Positions 29,702-39,580 of a stretch of DNA of 64,000 bases are shown here, piece after piece. The DNA is from Chthonomonadales bacterium (GTDB taxonomy: Bacteria; Armatimonadota; Chthonomonadetes; Chthonomonadales; CAJBBX01). The translations under genes were made by a program, and so were the position numbers. The stretch spans positions 340,606 to 404,605 of the forward strand of contig JBBIPC010000001.1 in NCBI GenBank assembly GCA_037443035.1. Reading direction: 5' to 3'. Within the stretch, counting starts at the first letter, position 1. Each line of letters begins with the position of its first letter. The notes below the pieces were generated by a model. It made no database searches, was not told the origin of the DNA, and saw nothing but the letters and a program-made list of their open reading frames with translations.

Positions 29702-30238
29702 TCAGTTCTCCGCTTTCAGGAGCGTTTCCAGCCCGGCAAGAGGCGAAGGACTACTCATGGCCGGACAGTTGCAGGGTCCTGTGTTCAGGTCATGGCCGCA
29801 CTGCGGACACAACCCAAGGCAATCCTCCCGATGAAGGGGGTGCGTTGGCATGGCCAGCAACAGCAGTTGCCTGAGCAGCTCGGTTACATTCATCACCGGC
29901 CCATCGAAAAGCCCGCCAGCCATGGGAGTATCCTCCTCCTCGATTGCTGGAACGTGGCCACGCACATGTGCCCCAGCATAATAGGTCAGAGGATACTGCT
30001 CGCTGACCTCGGCCTCTATGGCGACCTGCATGGGCGCAAGGCATCGACTGCACGCCATCCCTACGTACGTACCGATACGGCCGCCGATGATGAGCGCGCT
30101 TCCGGTATTCGTGAATGTGATGGTACCGCGTATGGGCTCCACGCAGACCAGGTCGCCATCCTCGATCGGTGGCTCGAGAACATCCCACGTCCTATGAACC
30201 CCAACATGCGTGAGGACTTCCGTTATGTCGAGTAGCAT
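29702..30238 (-). CDS. YceD/DUF177 family protein
   Basis: CSRCL and CLGLCPQCGHDLN motifs; usual position upstream of rpmF. Confidence 0.9.
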   Translation of the reverse strand: MLLDITEVLTHVGVHRTWDVLEPPIEDGDLVCVEPIRGTITFTNTGSALIIGGRIGTYVGMACSRCLAPMQVAIEAEVSEQYPLTYYAGAHVRGHVPAIEEEDTPMAGGLFDGPVMNVTELLRQLLLLAMPTHPLHREDCLGLCPQCGHDLNTGPCNCPAMSSPSPLAGLETLLKAEN

Positions 30239-30299
30239 TCTATTCTCTACAGTCTAAGCACCCAATCTGGCCCGTGGCAGAAAGCCCCAGTACAGTTCG

Positions 30300-30986
30300 T
30301 CAGGAAGCACTCCCCGTGTTGCGGCCGAGTTCTTCCTCGAGCACTTGCTGCCCTCGATGGATGACCGCCAGAGCCTGACTCATGTACTGCTCGAGGTTCG
30401 CTAGGACATCGCGCGCGTACTTGTTCGCTCCCTCTCGTATCTCGGCTGCTTCCGCCTCGGCACGACTCACGAAGTCGTTCGCCTCTTGTCGAGCCATACG
30501 CATGACCTCAGTCTCGTCTATCATGCGAGCAACAGTGAGCCGCGCGTCCTCGACCATGCGCTCGGCTTCACGCGCACCCCTGGCGATCTCCGCTTCCGCA
30601 CTCCGCCTTGCATCGTCAACGATTCGCTCTGCCTCCGTACGGGCCTCTGTGATAAGCCTGTCTGCCTGCTCTCGAGCCGAACCGACGATTCTGGCTCGGT
30701 TACGAACAACATCTCGGGCGCTCTTGACATCCTGAGGCAGATTCGCACGGATCTTGAGCACAAGTGTGGAGAACCGGCTATGGTCGAAGCCGAACAGAAT
30801 GCGCTTGCCGAACAGGCCGTGCGCCCGATCCGGTAACTCTTCGAGTTCGGCCAGCATTGCCAGCACGTTGGTCTGCTCGTCAGGAACCGCTGACAAGTCT
30901 CCAGACAGAGGCAGCGTCCGTCCCTGAGGTGCCTGACTGCGTGCGCTATCGCTGACCGAATCTCTCTCTGAGGCGTTGTCGAACAC
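30300..30986 (-). CDS. Coiled-coil protein (DivIVA/ATPase-b-like) typical of the coaD-yceD interval
   Basis: LP..VK.AR.VV then repeated A..EA..I heptads ending G..YA.DVL..LE. Confidence 0.75.
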   Translation of the reverse strand: MFDNASERDSVSDSARSQAPQGRTLPLSGDLSAVPDEQTNVLAMLAELEELPDRAHGLFGKRILFGFDHSRFSTLVLKIRANLPQDVKSARDVVRNRARIVGSAREQADRLITEARTEAERIVDDARRSAEAEIARGAREAERMVEDARLTVARMIDETEVMRMARQEANDFVSRAEAEAAEIREGANKYARDVLANLEQYMSQALAVIHRGQQVLEEELGRNTGSAS

Positions 30987-31434
30987 TTTCTGGCACCAAT
31001 CCTTCTACCGATCCTCCTAACCGGGCAATCTCCTTTACAACGCTTGAGCTCAGGAACGAGTACTCCGTCTTGGTCGGTATGAAGACGGTCTCGATCCCAC
31101 TCGACAGGCACCGGTTGGTGTGAGCCATCTGTAACTCGTATTCAAAGTCGGACACGGCCCGAAGCCCGCGCACAATAGCAACAGCGCCGGCCCTTTGCGC
31201 ATAGTCAACCAGCAAGCCGTTGAATGACCCAACACTAACGTTCGGAATATGCGCACACGACTCCCGCAGCATCTGTATCCGTTCCTCGCATGTGAACGTT
31301 GGCGACTTCGCGCTATTGGACGCCACAGCCACGTGGACGCGGGGAAACAAGCGAGAAGCGCGCTCGATGATATCCACGTGACCCAGAGTCACCGGGTCGA
31401 AACTTCCAGGTACGATCGCGTTGAATGTGCACAT
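30946..31434 (-). CDS. coaD: Phosphopantetheine adenylyltransferase
   Basis: [30 protein letters not shown]. Confidence 0.96.
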   Translation of the reverse strand: MCTFNAIVPGSFDPVTLGHVDIIERASRLFPRVHVAVASNSAKSPTFTCEERIQMLRESCAHIPNVSVGSFNGLLVDYAQRAGAVAIVRGLRAVSDFEYELQMAHTNRCLSSGIETVFIPTKTEYSFLSSSVVKEIARLGGSVEGLVPESVRQRLRERFGQR

Positions 31435-31495
31435 TGAGTCTTTCCCTTCCAACGGCGCCTGGCCATTGGTCATCCACCTTCCTCGGCATGACGGC

Positions 31496-33643
31496 CTAGC
31501 TTACCGTGACCAACTCCAACTCGCGCAGTTTGGCGGCCACCACCTGGCGGAGACGCTGGTGCTCGGGTTCTCCAAGCGAGGGATCGGAGGCGACAATCCT
31601 TTCAGCTTCCTTCCGTGCCTCGATAAGTGTCTCCTCGTCCCGGAGGATGTCACCAAACCGAAACGTCGGCAGTCCGCTCTGCTTAGTTCCATAGAACTCT
31701 CCCGGGCCGCGCAGCCTGAGATCTTCCTCGGCGATCCGAAAGCCGTCCGTGGTCTCTGTCATGATCTCCAGTCGTCGCCGTGCCTCGTCGGTCGCCGGAT
31801 CCGCGATGAGGATGCAATAAGAAGTGTGTTCCCCACGTCCAACACGACCGCGGAGTTGGTGCAATTGGGCTAGCCCGAAGCGGTCTGCGTCTTCGATCAC
31901 CATCACCGCGGCATTGCTCACATCCACACCCACTTCGATCACCGTCGTACTCACGAGCACGTCCAGATCATGCGCCTTGAAAGCAGCCATGACGGCGTTC
32001 TTCTCTTGGATGGACATCTGCCCATGGAGCAGACCCACCCGGAATCCAGGCAGTACTTGGGTGCGGATTCGCTCTGCATGCTGAGTCGCGGCCGCCGCCT
32101 CTGTTTTCTCTGAGGTCTCGACCAGCGGGCAAACCATATATGCCTGACGTCCCTGCTCCAGCAGCTTCCGCACTCCGTCGTACACCTTCCCTGCTCGATC
32201 GCGTGTCTTCCAATAGGTGCGTACAGGCTTTCGCCCAGGCGGCATGTCTCGCAGACAACTCACATCCAGGTCGCCGTATAGGGTAAGCGTCAGTGTGCGG
32301 GGGATCGGCGTCGCGCTCATGACGAGAACGTGGGGCATTTCGCCTTTGCTCTGCAACGCTTTCCGCTGGAGCACCCCGAATCGGTGCTGCTCGTCCACCA
32401 CCACAAGCCCCAACCTCGCAAAGCGGACGTCTTCCTCGATGAGTGCGTGGGTTCCTACCACCACCTTCAGAGCGCCGTTCTCCAGCCGTTGTCGGAGGGC
32501 GTTCCGCACTCCATTAGCCATCCCACCAACGAGAAGCTGCACTTCCACACCGGCTCGGGAGAACCACTCGACGAAAACGCTGGCATGCTGCTGCGCAAGG
32601 ACCTCGGTGGGCGCCATGATGGCCGCCTGCATGCCAGCTCTCACGGCCAGCATCACGGCTGCGACGGCCACCGCTGTCTTGCCGGAGCCTACATCGCCGT
32701 GCAGCAGTCGATTCATCGCTCTACCGGATGCCATATCCGCGGCGATTTCCGTGATGGCTTGGCGCTGGCTACCAGTCAAAGCGAACGGGAACAGCTCCGC
32801 GGACAATTCGTCGAGGAACCCTGGCGGCGTGGGGACGACGTGCGCCGTCGTCGTCCGCCCCCAGTCCGACCGGAGCCGCGCAAAGGCCAACTGGAGCAGC
32901 AGGAACTCCTCGAACACTAGACGACGCCGTGCCTCGGAGGCCTCTTCCATCCGCTCCGGGTAATGCACCTGCCGAAACGCCTCGGCCGCAGTCTTGAGTC
33001 GGTGCCTGACACGGACGGCGTCGGGGAGCACGTCGTCCACTGCATCGAGGTACGTCGAAAGCGCGGCAGCCGTCATCCGCCGCAGGCGACTTTGCGTCAG
33101 CCCCTCGCACAGGTTGTAAACAGGCACGATTCGGCCTCCGGACAATGTGTCCGTCTGCGGCTGGTCTTCTTCCCATTCTGGGTGCTCGATGTTTGGGAGA
33201 CCGTAAGACGGGAGCCGTACTGTGCCGTAGACGATGACGGATCGACTGCGTCGCATGATATCTTGGAAGCGTCTCAAGAGGTACGGCTGGTTGTAGAACA
33301 CGAGCTCAGCCGCACCATCCTCATCGCAGATTACGACGCGCACGAGGCGGAGCCCGCGCTTTGCCGTGACAACTTCTTCCGCCGAACGAACACGTCCGCG
33401 CACCAATGCTGGTTCGCCCGGTACCAGGTCCGCCAGAGAACGGAACGTTGTGCGATCCTCGTACCGCCTGGGTATGTGGCACAGAAGGTCGCCAACTGTG
33501 CGAATGCCAAGTCTCGCCAGCAACTCAGCTCCCCTTGGACCTACAGAGCGAACGTACTGGACGGGCTCATCGAGACGGCGTTCACGCTGAGCAACTTGCG
33601 GAGGTCCACACATGAGAGGGTCCGTGTCCTTGGGGATAGCCAC
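31496..33643 (-). CDS. recG: ATP-dependent DNA helicase RecG
   Basis: [45 protein letters not shown]. Confidence 0.97.
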   Translation of the reverse strand: MAIPKDTDPLMCGPPQVAQRERRLDEPVQYVRSVGPRGAELLARLGIRTVGDLLCHIPRRYEDRTTFRSLADLVPGEPALVRGRVRSAEEVVTAKRGLRLVRVVICDEDGAAELVFYNQPYLLRRFQDIMRRSRSVIVYGTVRLPSYGLPNIEHPEWEEDQPQTDTLSGGRIVPVYNLCEGLTQSRLRRMTAAALSTYLDAVDDVLPDAVRVRHRLKTAAEAFRQVHYPERMEEASEARRRLVFEEFLLLQLAFARLRSDWGRTTTAHVVPTPPGFLDELSAELFPFALTGSQRQAITEIAADMASGRAMNRLLHGDVGSGKTAVAVAAVMLAVRAGMQAAIMAPTEVLAQQHASVFVEWFSRAGVEVQLLVGGMANGVRNALRQRLENGALKVVVGTHALIEEDVRFARLGLVVVDEQHRFGVLQRKALQSKGEMPHVLVMSATPIPRTLTLTLYGDLDVSCLRDMPPGRKPVRTYWKTRDRAGKVYDGVRKLLEQGRQAYMVCPLVETSEKTEAAAATQHAERIRTQVLPGFRVGLLHGQMSIQEKNAVMAAFKAHDLDVLVSTTVIEVGVDVSNAAVMVIEDADRFGLAQLHQLRGRVGRGEHTSYCILIADPATDEARRRLEIMTETTDGFRIAEEDLRLRGPGEFYGTKQSGLPTFRFGDILRDEETLIEARKEAERIVASDPSLGEPEHQRLRQVVAAKLRELELVTVS

Positions 33644-33670
33644 GACTGGGCAGGCGTGCTACATCGATTG

Positions 33671-33700
33671 AGTATATCAACGGGCTTGCTCGATTGTCAA
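33671..33700 (-). promoter_or_regulatory. Sigma70-type promoter for the recG operon
   Basis: TTGACA-N18-TATACT about 28 nt upstream of the recG start. Confidence 0.75.
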
Positions 33701-33730
33701 TGTGCAGCGTCGGAAGATGTACCACCCGAC

Positions 33731-33756
33731 AAAAACGGACGGCCATTGCGCCGTCC
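33731..33756 (-). terminator. Intrinsic terminator immediately after an upstream promoter
   Basis: GGACGGC-gcaatg-GCCGTCC-G-TTTTT. Confidence 0.7.
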
Positions 33757-33766
33757 CGCGGACAGG

Positions 33767-33796
33767 AGTATACCCCGCATGCCGATGGCGTGTCAA
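33767..33796 (-). promoter_or_regulatory. Second sigma70-type promoter upstream of recG
   Basis: TTGACA-N18-TATACT. Confidence 0.7.
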
Positions 33797-33869
33797 ACGC
33801 CGGTCGCCTGCGGCGTGCGGCGTCGCATCGGGTGCTGGCCGGGTATAATAACGATGCATAACCCCGTGA

Positions 33870-36434
33870 ATGGAGCAACCAGAGCCCTCTATGTCCGACG
33901 AGCCGGAAAGCCAAGACGCTGAGTCACCAACATCCGAGAGCGAAACCGGCAACCTCCTTGTCGTTGATATAGAGGAGGAGTTGCGCAGATCCTACCTAGG
34001 CTACGCAGTCTCCACTTTGATTGCACGAGCTCTGCCGGATGCACGCGACGGCCTTAAGCCCGTTCAGCGGCGCATCCTCATGGCCATGCACGACCTCAAC
34101 CTCACGCCTGGTGCGCAGCACCGGAAGTCCGCGAAGATCTGCGGCGACACGTCGGGCAACTACCATCCCCACGGCGAGAGCGTCATCTATCCCACCATGG
34201 TCCGCATGGCCCAAGATTTCAGCCTTCGCTATCCCCTGATTGATGGCCAGGGAAACTTCGGCAGCATTGACGGTGACCCGCCTGCAGCCATGCGGTACAC
34301 CGAAGCTCGCATGGCTGTCTTCGCCACGGAAATGTTGGCGGACCTGGATCGAGATACCGTGGATTGGATGCCGAACTACGACCAGTCTCGCCTCGAGCCG
34401 GCGGTCCTTCCATCACGATTCCCTAACCTGCTCTGCAATGGGAGTGAAGGTATCGCCGTGGGCATGACCACGAAGATCCCACCGCACAATCTGCGAGAGA
34501 TCTGCGACGCGTGTACCTACATGGTGGATCACCCCGAAGCGACAGTGGAGGAGCTCCTTCCGTTCGTGCCAGGACCCGACTTCCCAACCTCCGGCATCAT
34601 CCTGGGCAAGCGCGGTATCCGAGAGGCATACGAGACGGGCCGCGGCCGTGTCGTGGTGCAGGCGAACGTTCAGATCGAACCGGTGGAAGGTGGCCGCTCT
34701 GCCATAGTCATCACCGAGCTGCCGTATCAGGTTAACAAGCAGGCGCTTCAGGACAATATAGCTGAGCATGTGCGGGCGCGGCGCATTGACGGCATCGCGG
34801 ACATGCATGATTTCACGGATCGACACGGCATCCGCGTCGTCATCACCCTCAAGCGTGACGCCCACCCGCGCAAGGTGCTGAACTACCTTCTGAAGCACAC
34901 AGCTCTCCGAACCACCTTCGGCGTAATCTTGCTGGCCCTCGTCAACAACCAGCCGAAGCTCCTCACCCTGCCAGAGCTCATACGTATCTACCTCGAACAC
35001 CGGCGACAGATCGTCTACCGCCGAACGCTCTATGAACTTGGCCGCGCCAAGGCTCGGGCGCACATTCTGGAGGGACTTCAGATCGCGCTGGACTACCTGG
35101 ACGAGATCATCCGGATCATCCGCCAATCAGATAATGATCAGGTCGCCAGGAACAACCTCATGGAACGCTTCGGCCTGACGCAGCTCCAGGCAACGGCCAT
35201 ATTGGATACGCAGCTACGTCAGTTGACGCGTCTGAACCGCGAGCGTATCGAGACCGAATACAGGGCCAAACTCAAGGAGATCGGCTCCTATGAGGACATT
35301 CTCATCAACCCTGAACGTGTTAGCGCGATCATCAAGCAGGAGCTCCGGACGTTGCGGGATAAGTACGGCGACGACCGCCGCACTCGCATCGTCGCTACAG
35401 AGCCCGAGGAGATCGGCGAAGAGGACCTCATCCCCGAAGAGGACATGCTGATCACGATTACGCGCAACGGCTATGTCAAGCGCGTGCCTATGGACGCCTA
35501 TAGGACGCAGCGCCGTGGGGGCAGAGGCATCATCGGAGCGGCCACGCGCAACGAAGACCGGATCGAGCACCTCTTCGTTGCCAACACCCACGATTACATT
35601 CTGTTCTTCACGAACCGGGGTCGCGTGTACCGTCTGAAGGCGTACGAAGTTCCTCAGTGTTCGCGGACCGCCATGGGCACGGCAATCGTGAACATGATCA
35701 ACATCGAGTCCGGCGATGTCGTAACGGCCTCTGTACCTGTCAAGGACCTTCAGAATGCAGCGGGCTACATGCTCATGGCGACGCGCCACGGAGAAGTGAA
35801 GCGTGTCGCCGTAGGCGGGTTCGCCAACCTACGCGCCAACGGCCTGGTCTGCTTCGATCTCGAGCCTGAGGATGAGCTGCGATGGGTCATGTTCACCGAC
35901 GGCACACGTGAGGTCATCATGGTCACCCGGTCGGGCAAATCCATCAGATTCCACGAGCGCGAGATTCCTGTTCGCGGCCGGCCGGCCGGTGGCGTCCGCG
36001 GGATCGAGATGCGAGACGAGACTGGCGCCATTGCCGACCAGGTCGTGGCGGTTGACCTTGTAGACCCAGCCAAGCAGCTCCTGGTAGTCGGTGAACGGGG
36101 TATCGGAAAACGGTCGAGCTTGGAGCTATACCGACGACAGTCACGTGGCGGGAAAGGCATCCTTACGATGGATGTCACGGAGAAGACTGGTGCTGTCGTC
36201 GCCGCCTGCGTTGTGGACGAACATGATCGGCTGATGATCATTACCGAGAACGGCATCACGATCCGGATGCTTGTCAGGGAGGTCCGCTCAGCAGGAAGAA
36301 GCACTCAGGGCGTCAGGCTGATCAACCTGGACCCCGGCGACCGAGTCGCCACAATCGAGCGCATATGCACAGAGACAGCCGTCTCCGCGAAGAGCTCGGA
36401 GGGCGAGCCGGACCTAGAGCCGGAAGAGGAGTAG
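33870..36434 (+). CDS. gyrA: DNA gyrase subunit A
   Basis: [28 protein letters not shown], GyrA-box QRRGGRG, beta-pinwheel repeats, acidic tail. TATAAT at 33844-33849. Confidence 0.97.
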   Translation: MEQPEPSMSDEPESQDAESPTSESETGNLLVVDIEEELRRSYLGYAVSTLIARALPDARDGLKPVQRRILMAMHDLNLTPGAQHRKSAKICGDTSGNYHPHGESVIYPTMVRMAQDFSLRYPLIDGQGNFGSIDGDPPAAMRYTEARMAVFATEMLADLDRDTVDWMPNYDQSRLEPAVLPSRFPNLLCNGSEGIAVGMTTKIPPHNLREICDACTYMVDHPEATVEELLPFVPGPDFPTSGIILGKRGIREAYETGRGRVVVQANVQIEPVEGGRSAIVITELPYQVNKQALQDNIAEHVRARRIDGIADMHDFTDRHGIRVVITLKRDAHPRKVLNYLLKHTALRTTFGVILLALVNNQPKLLTLPELIRIYLEHRRQIVYRRTLYELGRAKARAHILEGLQIALDYLDEIIRIIRQSDNDQVARNNLMERFGLTQLQATAILDTQLRQLTRLNRERIETEYRAKLKEIGSYEDILINPERVSAIIKQELRTLRDKYGDDRRTRIVATEPEEIGEEDLIPEEDMLITITRNGYVKRVPMDAYRTQRRGGRGIIGAATRNEDRIEHLFVANTHDYILFFTNRGRVYRLKAYEVPQCSRTAMGTAIVNMINIESGDVVTASVPVKDLQNAAGYMLMATRHGEVKRVAVGGFANLRANGLVCFDLEPEDELRWVMFTDGTREVIMVTRSGKSIRFHEREIPVRGRPAGGVRGIEMRDETGAIADQVVAVDLVDPAKQLLVVGERGIGKRSSLELYRRQSRGGKGILTMDVTEKTGAVVAACVVDEHDRLMIITENGITIRMLVREVRSAGRSTQGVRLINLDPGDRVATIERICTETAVSAKSSEGEPDLEPEEE

Positions 36435-36511
36435 CCTGCGGCTCGCGCTCCGCTAGCTACTCTGTGAGGTGACGAGCGGACTGTATGGTGGGCGCCGAGC
36501 GTCGGCGGCCG

Positions 36512-36718
36512 TCACCCATCGGCGTCGTCGTGCCAGCCGGTAGCCTTGTGTGAACCATCGCAGAAGGGCTTGTCCTTGGACCTCCCGCATCGGCAGAGGG
36601 CCAGCTTGCCTTCACGACCTCGTAACGCGATGGGTTGTTCGTTCGCATCCAGCAGTTCCACGGTACCGGTTATGAAATAAGGGCCGTTCTTCAGCACCTC
36701 GATCTTGACTTCAGCCAT
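36512..36718 (-). CDS. CDGSH iron-sulfur domain protein
   Basis: NGPY..G, LCRCGRSKDKPFCDGSH. Confidence 0.92.
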   Translation of the reverse strand: MAEVKIEVLKNGPYFITGTVELLDANEQPIALRGREGKLALCRCGRSKDKPFCDGSHKATGWHDDADG

Positions 36719-36744
36719 TCACGTTCCCTCCTGAGCTATCGAGA

Positions 36745-38187
36745 CTACGACCTGGCGGCACCAACTCGAACTTGTCGAAACCTCGCCGGTGCTGCGCCGT
36801 GAGTCATTTGCGCGATCTGCATGGGATCGCCCTTGCCACAGTTGAGCACACCATCCATGACCCAATACCGCTGGTCACAGATGGCATCGCAACTGTTCCA
36901 GAACTCCGTGGTCATGCTCTGGTATGTGACGTTCTTGAGCATTCCCACGATCTTGCCTTTCTTGATCTCCCAGAAGGCGTCGCCCCCGAACTGGAAGTTG
37001 CACCGCATCTGGTCTATCGAGAATGACCCCCGGCCCTCGATGTAGATCCCATCGTCGGTGTCGGAGATCAGCTCTTCGAGTGTCAGAGGCTCCCTCCCCG
37101 GCATGAGGCTCAGGTTCGGAATCCGAACGATGGGGATGCTTCCCCAATGATCCGCTCGGCAACCACCGGTACTTCTCTCTAGCCCGATAGCGCCTGCCAC
37201 CTCCCGGCCAGTGCTATAGCCGACGAAAAGCCCGTCCTCGACGATGTGCCACTTCTGCCCTGGAACGCCGTCATCGTCGAAGCCGTGTGTCGCAAGTCCA
37301 TTGGGGAGGGTGTTATCCGCCACGAAGTTCACGATAGGAGAGCCATACATCAGGTTGCGCAACTTGTCCGGGGTCGCGAAGCTACGACCCGCTAGTGACT
37401 CCTCATATCCCAGCGCTCTGTCGAGCTCCGTGGCGTGTCCCACCGATTCATGTATGGTAAGCGACAGGTTCTGTGGGTCGAGGATGAGATCCCTTACGCC
37501 AGGTGGGCACTCCGGCGCGCGAAGGTGTTCTATGGCCTGCTCAGCAACACGATCTGTGTTCGCCAGCAGATCATCGGCGTTCACGTTTTCGTAGCCACGC
37601 GTTAGCGGTGGAGGCATATAGCTACGCGAGCGCGCGTCGCCCGCTCCCACGGCTGTTGCTCGGTAACCTGCCGCCGTGGTGATTACCTCGCTCTCGAGTT
37701 CCGATCCGTCGCTATTGACGAACAAGCGATCGTCACGACGAAGCGTCATGAATGATTCCGCCTTGTGGATGCCATCGTGCCGCATGAGTCGCTCGTTGAT
37801 CTGCAGCAGCAGGCCGATCTTGTCCGAAACTGGCACAAGAAACGGATCCACCTCACACGGGGTACGGAACTGCAACCGGCTGGGCGGCTCGGGCACGAGT
37901 CGGACTCTGCGCTCCGAAGTCAGGGACGTAGACCTCGCCATCTCGATTGCCCGAGCAGCGGTGTGTTGGACACCCTCCCTGGTGAGATCGCTCGTTCCCG
38001 CGAAACCCCAGGCGCCGTCCACCAAGACCCTGACGCCGATGCCGCACTCATCGCCGTCGCTGATGCCCGAGACACGCGCGTCCTCCGCACCGAGATTCTG
38101 ACGCCTGTGACGCACGATCCGGGCGTCGGCGTACTCGGCGCCGCGCAGGCGCGCAGTCTCCAACGCCAGGTAAGCCAGTTCCTTCAC
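36745..38187 (-). CDS. tldD: TldD-family metalloprotease
   Basis: GIGVRVLVDGAWGFA, HESVGHATELDR (HExxxH), DDDG, CGKG.P.Q. Confidence 0.9.
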   Translation of the reverse strand: MKELAYLALETARLRGAEYADARIVRHRRQNLGAEDARVSGISDGDECGIGVRVLVDGAWGFAGTSDLTREGVQHTAARAIEMARSTSLTSERRVRLVPEPPSRLQFRTPCEVDPFLVPVSDKIGLLLQINERLMRHDGIHKAESFMTLRRDDRLFVNSDGSELESEVITTAAGYRATAVGAGDARSRSYMPPPLTRGYENVNADDLLANTDRVAEQAIEHLRAPECPPGVRDLILDPQNLSLTIHESVGHATELDRALGYEESLAGRSFATPDKLRNLMYGSPIVNFVADNTLPNGLATHGFDDDGVPGQKWHIVEDGLFVGYSTGREVAGAIGLERSTGGCRADHWGSIPIVRIPNLSLMPGREPLTLEELISDTDDGIYIEGRGSFSIDQMRCNFQFGGDAFWEIKKGKIVGMLKNVTYQSMTTEFWNSCDAICDQRYWVMDGVLNCGKGDPMQIAQMTHGAAPARFRQVRVGAARS

Positions 38188-38208
38188 GACTAGCCCCTCC
38201 CTTTCACG

Positions 38209-39399
38209 TCAATCCCGCACGGTCTCGGTCCCAGGTACGATCGCGCACGGTCCAGGTCCGACGACGTCTGCTATTCTACCGTCTGGAGCCTGCGCCATGG
38301 CTTGCTCACAGTCGCTCCGTCCGAGAATCTCCGTCGCCAAGCGCCGAAGTCGGACCTGCGGACTGGCCATCGGCAGAAGTAGCGCCTCTCCCCAAGGCAC
38401 CCACTGCAGACCGTCGCACTTTCCATTGAAATAGACCGGGTCGCGTGTATCAGCGTAAGCGTAACCATATAGCGTGACCGAGAACCGCGTTACTGTGTGG
38501 TGAATCGCGGGGAGCGGCAGCAGCGTCCAGGCGCCCAATCCGATGAACTCCGTCGCCATCTTCAGGGCCGCGCTTGTAGGATCCTCACCATCCCTCAGGA
38601 CCACCCGGGGAAACTCCCAGAGTCCTGCCCATAGTCCCCCCTCCGGACACCGGCGTGCCAGTACACTATCGCCCCGCACAAGTACGAGACCAACATGGCG
38701 CACCCGCACCACCTTCGGGCGTGTACGTTCGGGTGGGCCCACGTTGCCTGACTCGACTGCGGAGCACCACCGCTCTACAGGGCATGCACAGCATTGTGCG
38801 GAGACCGGCCGACAAATCGTACTGCCGAGGTCCATGAGAGCCTGAGCGAACAGACCGGGGGGCTGGTCCGCAGCCATCTCACGCCAGACCTGTGCCAGAG
38901 CAGCCTTCTCCCGAGGTCCCAGACCTGACAGCCGGCTCAATACGCGTGTGGCGTTGACATCCAGCGCAGGAACGGTCCTGCCATATGCTATGCATGCAAT
39001 GGCCGCCGCGGTGTAAGGCCCAACACCTGGCAGCTGCAGGAGATCCGATAGATTCTCCGGCACAACGCCGTTGTATCTCAGCATTACGACCCGAGCCGCG
39101 GCATGAAGTCGCCGAGCCCTCGAGTAGTAACCGAGCCCCTGCCAGTACCGCAGCACTTCATCGAGATCAGCGTCCGCGAGCGACTCGACCGTTGGGAAAC
39201 GCCGCAGCCACCGTTCGTAGCGCGGAATCACGGTGGCGACCTGAGTTTGCTGCAGCATGGTCTCGGCGATCCAGACGGCATAGGGACTACTGGCATGCTG
39301 ACGCCACGGAAGAGAGCGCGCTTCGCGACTGAACCACGCAATCAACGCACGTCCTGCGCCGTCGCGCGAACGCTGCGACTGGTTATGACGGTTGTTCAT
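38209..39399 (-). CDS. mutY: A/G-specific adenine glycosylase
   Basis: RSLPWR, ETMLQQT, WQGLGYYSRAR, LPGVGPYTA, C-x6-C-x2-C-x5-C, NUDIX-like GLWEFP. Confidence 0.94.
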   Translation of the reverse strand: MNNRHNQSQRSRDGAGRALIAWFSREARSLPWRQHASSPYAVWIAETMLQQTQVATVIPRYERWLRRFPTVESLADADLDEVLRYWQGLGYYSRARRLHAAARVVMLRYNGVVPENLSDLLQLPGVGPYTAAAIACIAYGRTVPALDVNATRVLSRLSGLGPREKAALAQVWREMAADQPPGLFAQALMDLGSTICRPVSAQCCACPVERWCSAVESGNVGPPERTRPKVVRVRHVGLVLVRGDSVLARRCPEGGLWAGLWEFPRVVLRDGEDPTSAALKMATEFIGLGAWTLLPLPAIHHTVTRFSVTLYGYAYADTRDPVYFNGKCDGLQWVPWGEALLLPMASPQVRLRRLATEILGRSDCEQAMAQAPDGRIADVVGPGPCAIVPGTETVRD

Positions 39400-39421
39400 C
39401 TAGGGTCCACAGCAGGCGAAG

Positions 39422-39450
39422 TTGACACTGACCGGTAGGGCCAGTATAAT
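39422..39450 (+). promoter_or_regulatory. Consensus promoter for tRNA-Pro
   Basis: TTGACA-N17-TATAAT, 11 nt before the tRNA. Confidence 0.85.
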
Positions 39451-39461
39451 ACACCTGTCCT

Positions 39462-39535
39462 CGGGGTGTAGCTCAGCTTGGTAGAGTGCCTGGATGGGGG
39501 CCAGGAGGTCAGCGGTTCAAGTCCGCTCACCCCGA
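39462..39535 (+). tRNA. tRNA-Pro(GGG)
   Basis: Acceptor CGGGGTG/CACCCCG, D arm GCTCAGCTTGGTAGAGT, anticodon arm CCTGG-ATGGGGG-CCAGG, T loop GTTCAAGT. CCA not encoded. Confidence 0.93.
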
Positions 39536-39544
39536 TGCTCGCAA

Positions 39545-39580
39545 GAGACCGCTGCCTTAGGCGCGGTCTCCTTCTGTTTC
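39545..39580 (+). terminator. Hairpin after tRNA-Pro, overlapping the stop of the convergent gene
   Basis: GAGACCGC-t-GCC-tta-GGC-GCGGTCTC followed by CTTCTGTTT. Confidence 0.55.
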
